From Chthoniobacterales bacterium (lineage in GTDB: Bacteria; Verrucomicrobiota; Verrucomicrobiia; Chthoniobacterales; UBA10450), in assembly GCA_013821455.1 (NCBI GenBank), contig JACDGS010000013.1, positions 16,904 through 80,903 of the forward strand: 64,000 nucleotides of DNA, written 5' to 3'. Below are positions 62,237-64,000 of this stretch, piece by piece. Below the pieces are notes generated by a model. That model was not told the DNA's origin, searched no databases, and was given only the letters and a program-made list of their open reading frames with translations. Position 1 is the stretch's first letter. The number at the start of each line of letters is the position of its first letter. A program made the translations under genes and the position numbers.

Positions 62237-62821
62237 ATGCGTATTTTCCTGGCAGCTCTTCTTGGCGGAATCGCCATGTTTATTTGGTCGTCCATCGCAC
62301 ACATGGCTTTGCCGCTCGGCGAAGCGGGCATGCGCGATGTGCCTAACGAATCCCTCCTGACATCGCTCCAAACCCAAATCGGCTCCGAAGCAGGTCTCTA
62401 TCTCCTCCCCGGGTTCGGGCTGGGACCAAATCCTACGAGCGCGCAGAAGCACGAAGCGATGAAGCACTACGAAGAACGCGCACAGCGTTATCCATCCGGA
62501 CTGCTGATGTATTTCCCCGGCGGCGGCCGCCCGATGGCGATGGGCAAATGGCTCTCCGTTGAGTTCGCCACCGAATTTTTCGAAACCCTTCTCGTCGTTT
62601 TTCTTCTTAGCCTCACCCGCCTTTTCACCTTCGGAGCGCGCGTCGGATTTTTCCTGGTCGCCGGCATCCTTGCCGCCATCGCGACCAACATTTCCTACTG
62701 GAATTGGTATGGGTTCCCCACGACTTACACCGCCGCCTACATGTTCACGCAACTCGTCGGATTCCTCTGCGCGGGATTGGTCGCAGCGCTGGTCTTAAAA
62801 AAATGGCGTCCGGCTGTTTGA
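62237..62821 (+). CDS. hypothetical integral membrane protein
   Basis: 194-aa ORF with four hydrophobic segments. No motif recognised. Confidence 0.55.
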   Translation: MRIFLAALLGGIAMFIWSSIAHMALPLGEAGMRDVPNESLLTSLQTQIGSEAGLYLLPGFGLGPNPTSAQKHEAMKHYEERAQRYPSGLLMYFPGGGRPMAMGKWLSVEFATEFFETLLVVFLLSLTRLFTFGARVGFFLVAGILAAIATNISYWNWYGFPTTYTAAYMFTQLVGFLCAGLVAALVLKKWRPAV

Positions 62822-62828
62822 GGATTCG

Positions 62829-63758
62829 TTAGGCAGCCTCGTGGCGTTTCGTCTTCAGGGCATAAAGGACGAAACAAATCCCGCCCACGATTAGCAGGAC
62901 CGAAAGCGTTTGGCCGCGCGTGAACGGACCGGTAAGAGGCGCGTCTGGCTCGCGAAAATTTTCCACCACGATTCGGACGAGCGCGTAGAGGAGCAGGAAA
63001 ATCCCCGCGAGCATTCCGCGCGGCGGCCTGGTCCAAACGCGCAGCAGCCAGAGACAGGTAAAGAGGAAAAGGCCCTCGAGAAGCGCTTCGTAAATCTGCG
63101 ATGGATGGCGCGGCGTCAGCGTTTGCTGCAGGACGTGCTGCAGCGCGACGTCACCCGTCCGCGCCTGTTCAATTACGCTCTCGATATTTCCGACGTCGGG
63201 TTTTACCGCGACGGCGGCGGCGAGCGTGCGGGCACCCAGATCCGGAAGATCGAGTGCTTCCTTCGGAAATTGCATCGCCCATGGGATCGTGGCAGCGCGG
63301 CCGTAGAGTTCGCCGTTGATGAAATTAGCGCACCGCCCGAGGAACAAACCAACGGGTGCGACGACCGCGATGTTATCGGCCAGGCCGACCCACGAAATGC
63401 GCTGAGCCCGCGCGTAGAAAAATGTCGCGAGCGTGAGACCAATCATTCCGCCGTGGCTCGACATCCCGCCATCCCAAACTCGTAAGATGGAGAGCGGATC
63501 GCCTAACGTGTGTTGGAACCGGTAAAAAAAGACAAAGCCCATTCTCCCGCCTGCGACCACGCCTAACGACGCCACACAAATGTAATCGCCGACCTTCGTG
63601 GCCGGCAGCTCGCAGGAGCGACGCTGCGCGAGCCAGCGCAGGAGAAGAAACCCGCAGAAAAACGCGAGGAGATAAGAAAACCCATACCAGCGAATCCCAA
63701 AATTCGAACCGAGCTTGACCAAAAAGGGACTGAAATTATCGAGGTAATAGGCGATCAA
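62829..63758 (-). CDS. lgt: prolipoprotein diacylglyceryl transferase
   Basis: 309 aa. IRWYGFSYLLAFFCGFLLL, GGMSSHGGMIG, GRCANFINGELYGR and HPSQIYEALLEG are Lgt signatures. Confidence 0.85.
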   Translation of the reverse strand: MIAYYLDNFSPFLVKLGSNFGIRWYGFSYLLAFFCGFLLLRWLAQRRSCELPATKVGDYICVASLGVVAGGRMGFVFFYRFQHTLGDPLSILRVWDGGMSSHGGMIGLTLATFFYARAQRISWVGLADNIAVVAPVGLFLGRCANFINGELYGRAATIPWAMQFPKEALDLPDLGARTLAAAVAVKPDVGNIESVIEQARTGDVALQHVLQQTLTPRHPSQIYEALLEGLFLFTCLWLLRVWTRPPRGMLAGIFLLLYALVRIVVENFREPDAPLTGPFTRGQTLSVLLIVGGICFVLYALKTKRHEAA

Positions 63759-63784
63759 GCCCTCAACCTAAAGAGAGACGAGCG

Positions 63785-64000
63785 ATGCGGAGAAGAAAAA
63801 TTTATCGGTCCGGCACGCGCCTGTTTCTCTGCTGCGTTCTCCTCGGCGCTTCGCCGGCACGCGCCGCGCACCTCAATCCTGAGGCGGTGCGGGCCGCGGC
63901 CTCGTATTCCGCGGCGCATAAAGGGACTTCTTTTCTCGTTAGGCAAAATGGGAAGACCCTGCTCGAGGAATATTCCAACGGCGGTGGCGAAGACGTAGCG
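63785..64000 (+). CDS. partial ORF (N-terminus only), possibly serine hydrolase/beta-lactamase family
   Basis: My translation from ATG 63785: MRRRKIYRSGTRLFLCCVLLGASPARAAHLNPEAVRAAASYSAAHKGTSFLVRQNGKTLLEEYSNGGGEDVA. That is a signal peptide plus an N-terminal pattern common in class-C-like serine hydrolases. Runs off the window. Confidence 0.4.
   Translation, partial: MRRRKIYRSGTRLFLCCVLLGASPARAAHLNPEAVRAAASYSAAHKGTSFLVRQNGKTLLEEYSNGGGEDVA

Overview
Chromosomal window of about 60 genes from a moderately GC-rich diderm bacterium. It has PEP-CTERM/exosortase biology, Kelch and FG-GAP beta-propellers, and giant glycosidases with thrombospondin-type-3-like repeats, so I take it to be Verrucomicrobia-like (lineage is inference only). 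Layout, left to right: (1) a BNR/Asp-box protein running off the left edge and two tandem PEP-CTERM paralogues. (2) Housekeeping and regulatory genes: msrB, ECF sigma plus a small anti-sigma-like ORF, clpS, an ABC ATPase, a wHTH-TPR regulator, trmL, tal. (3) An ~18-kb glycan-assembly locus (15.1-33.3 kb) with an orphan ABC-2 permease, GT2, GT8-like, six SAM methyltransferases, a Wzx-like flippase, three GT9, an O-antigen-ligase-like protein, a HAD-UbiA phosphoribosyltransferase-like fusion, GT-C, EpsI and exosortase. This locus abuts the conserved tRNA-Thr/tuf/tRNA-Trp/secE/nusG/rplK block exactly where rplA would be expected. (4) A second ECF sigma/anti-sigma/vWA module facing four secreted beta-propeller genes, two of them frame-disrupted. 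(5) Three tandem GH13 alpha-glucan genes headed by a 2876-aa GH13 plus GH57-like protein, followed by a hypothetical membrane protein, lgt and a partial serine-hydrolase-like ORF at the right edge. The strongest signal is DNA-level: the non-palindromic 9-mer GCCTAACGA/TCGTTAGGC occurs about 47 times (counted by eye). It is found in both orientations, in all reading frames and in intergenic DNA, sometimes extended to a 17-mer at gene 3' ends and once as an inverted pair. That is the pattern of a DNA-uptake-sequence-like element. There are also two families of structured palindromic repeats, and one family has a copy sitting in frame inside the GT-C gene. I saw no CRISPR array, rRNA, transposase or integrase.
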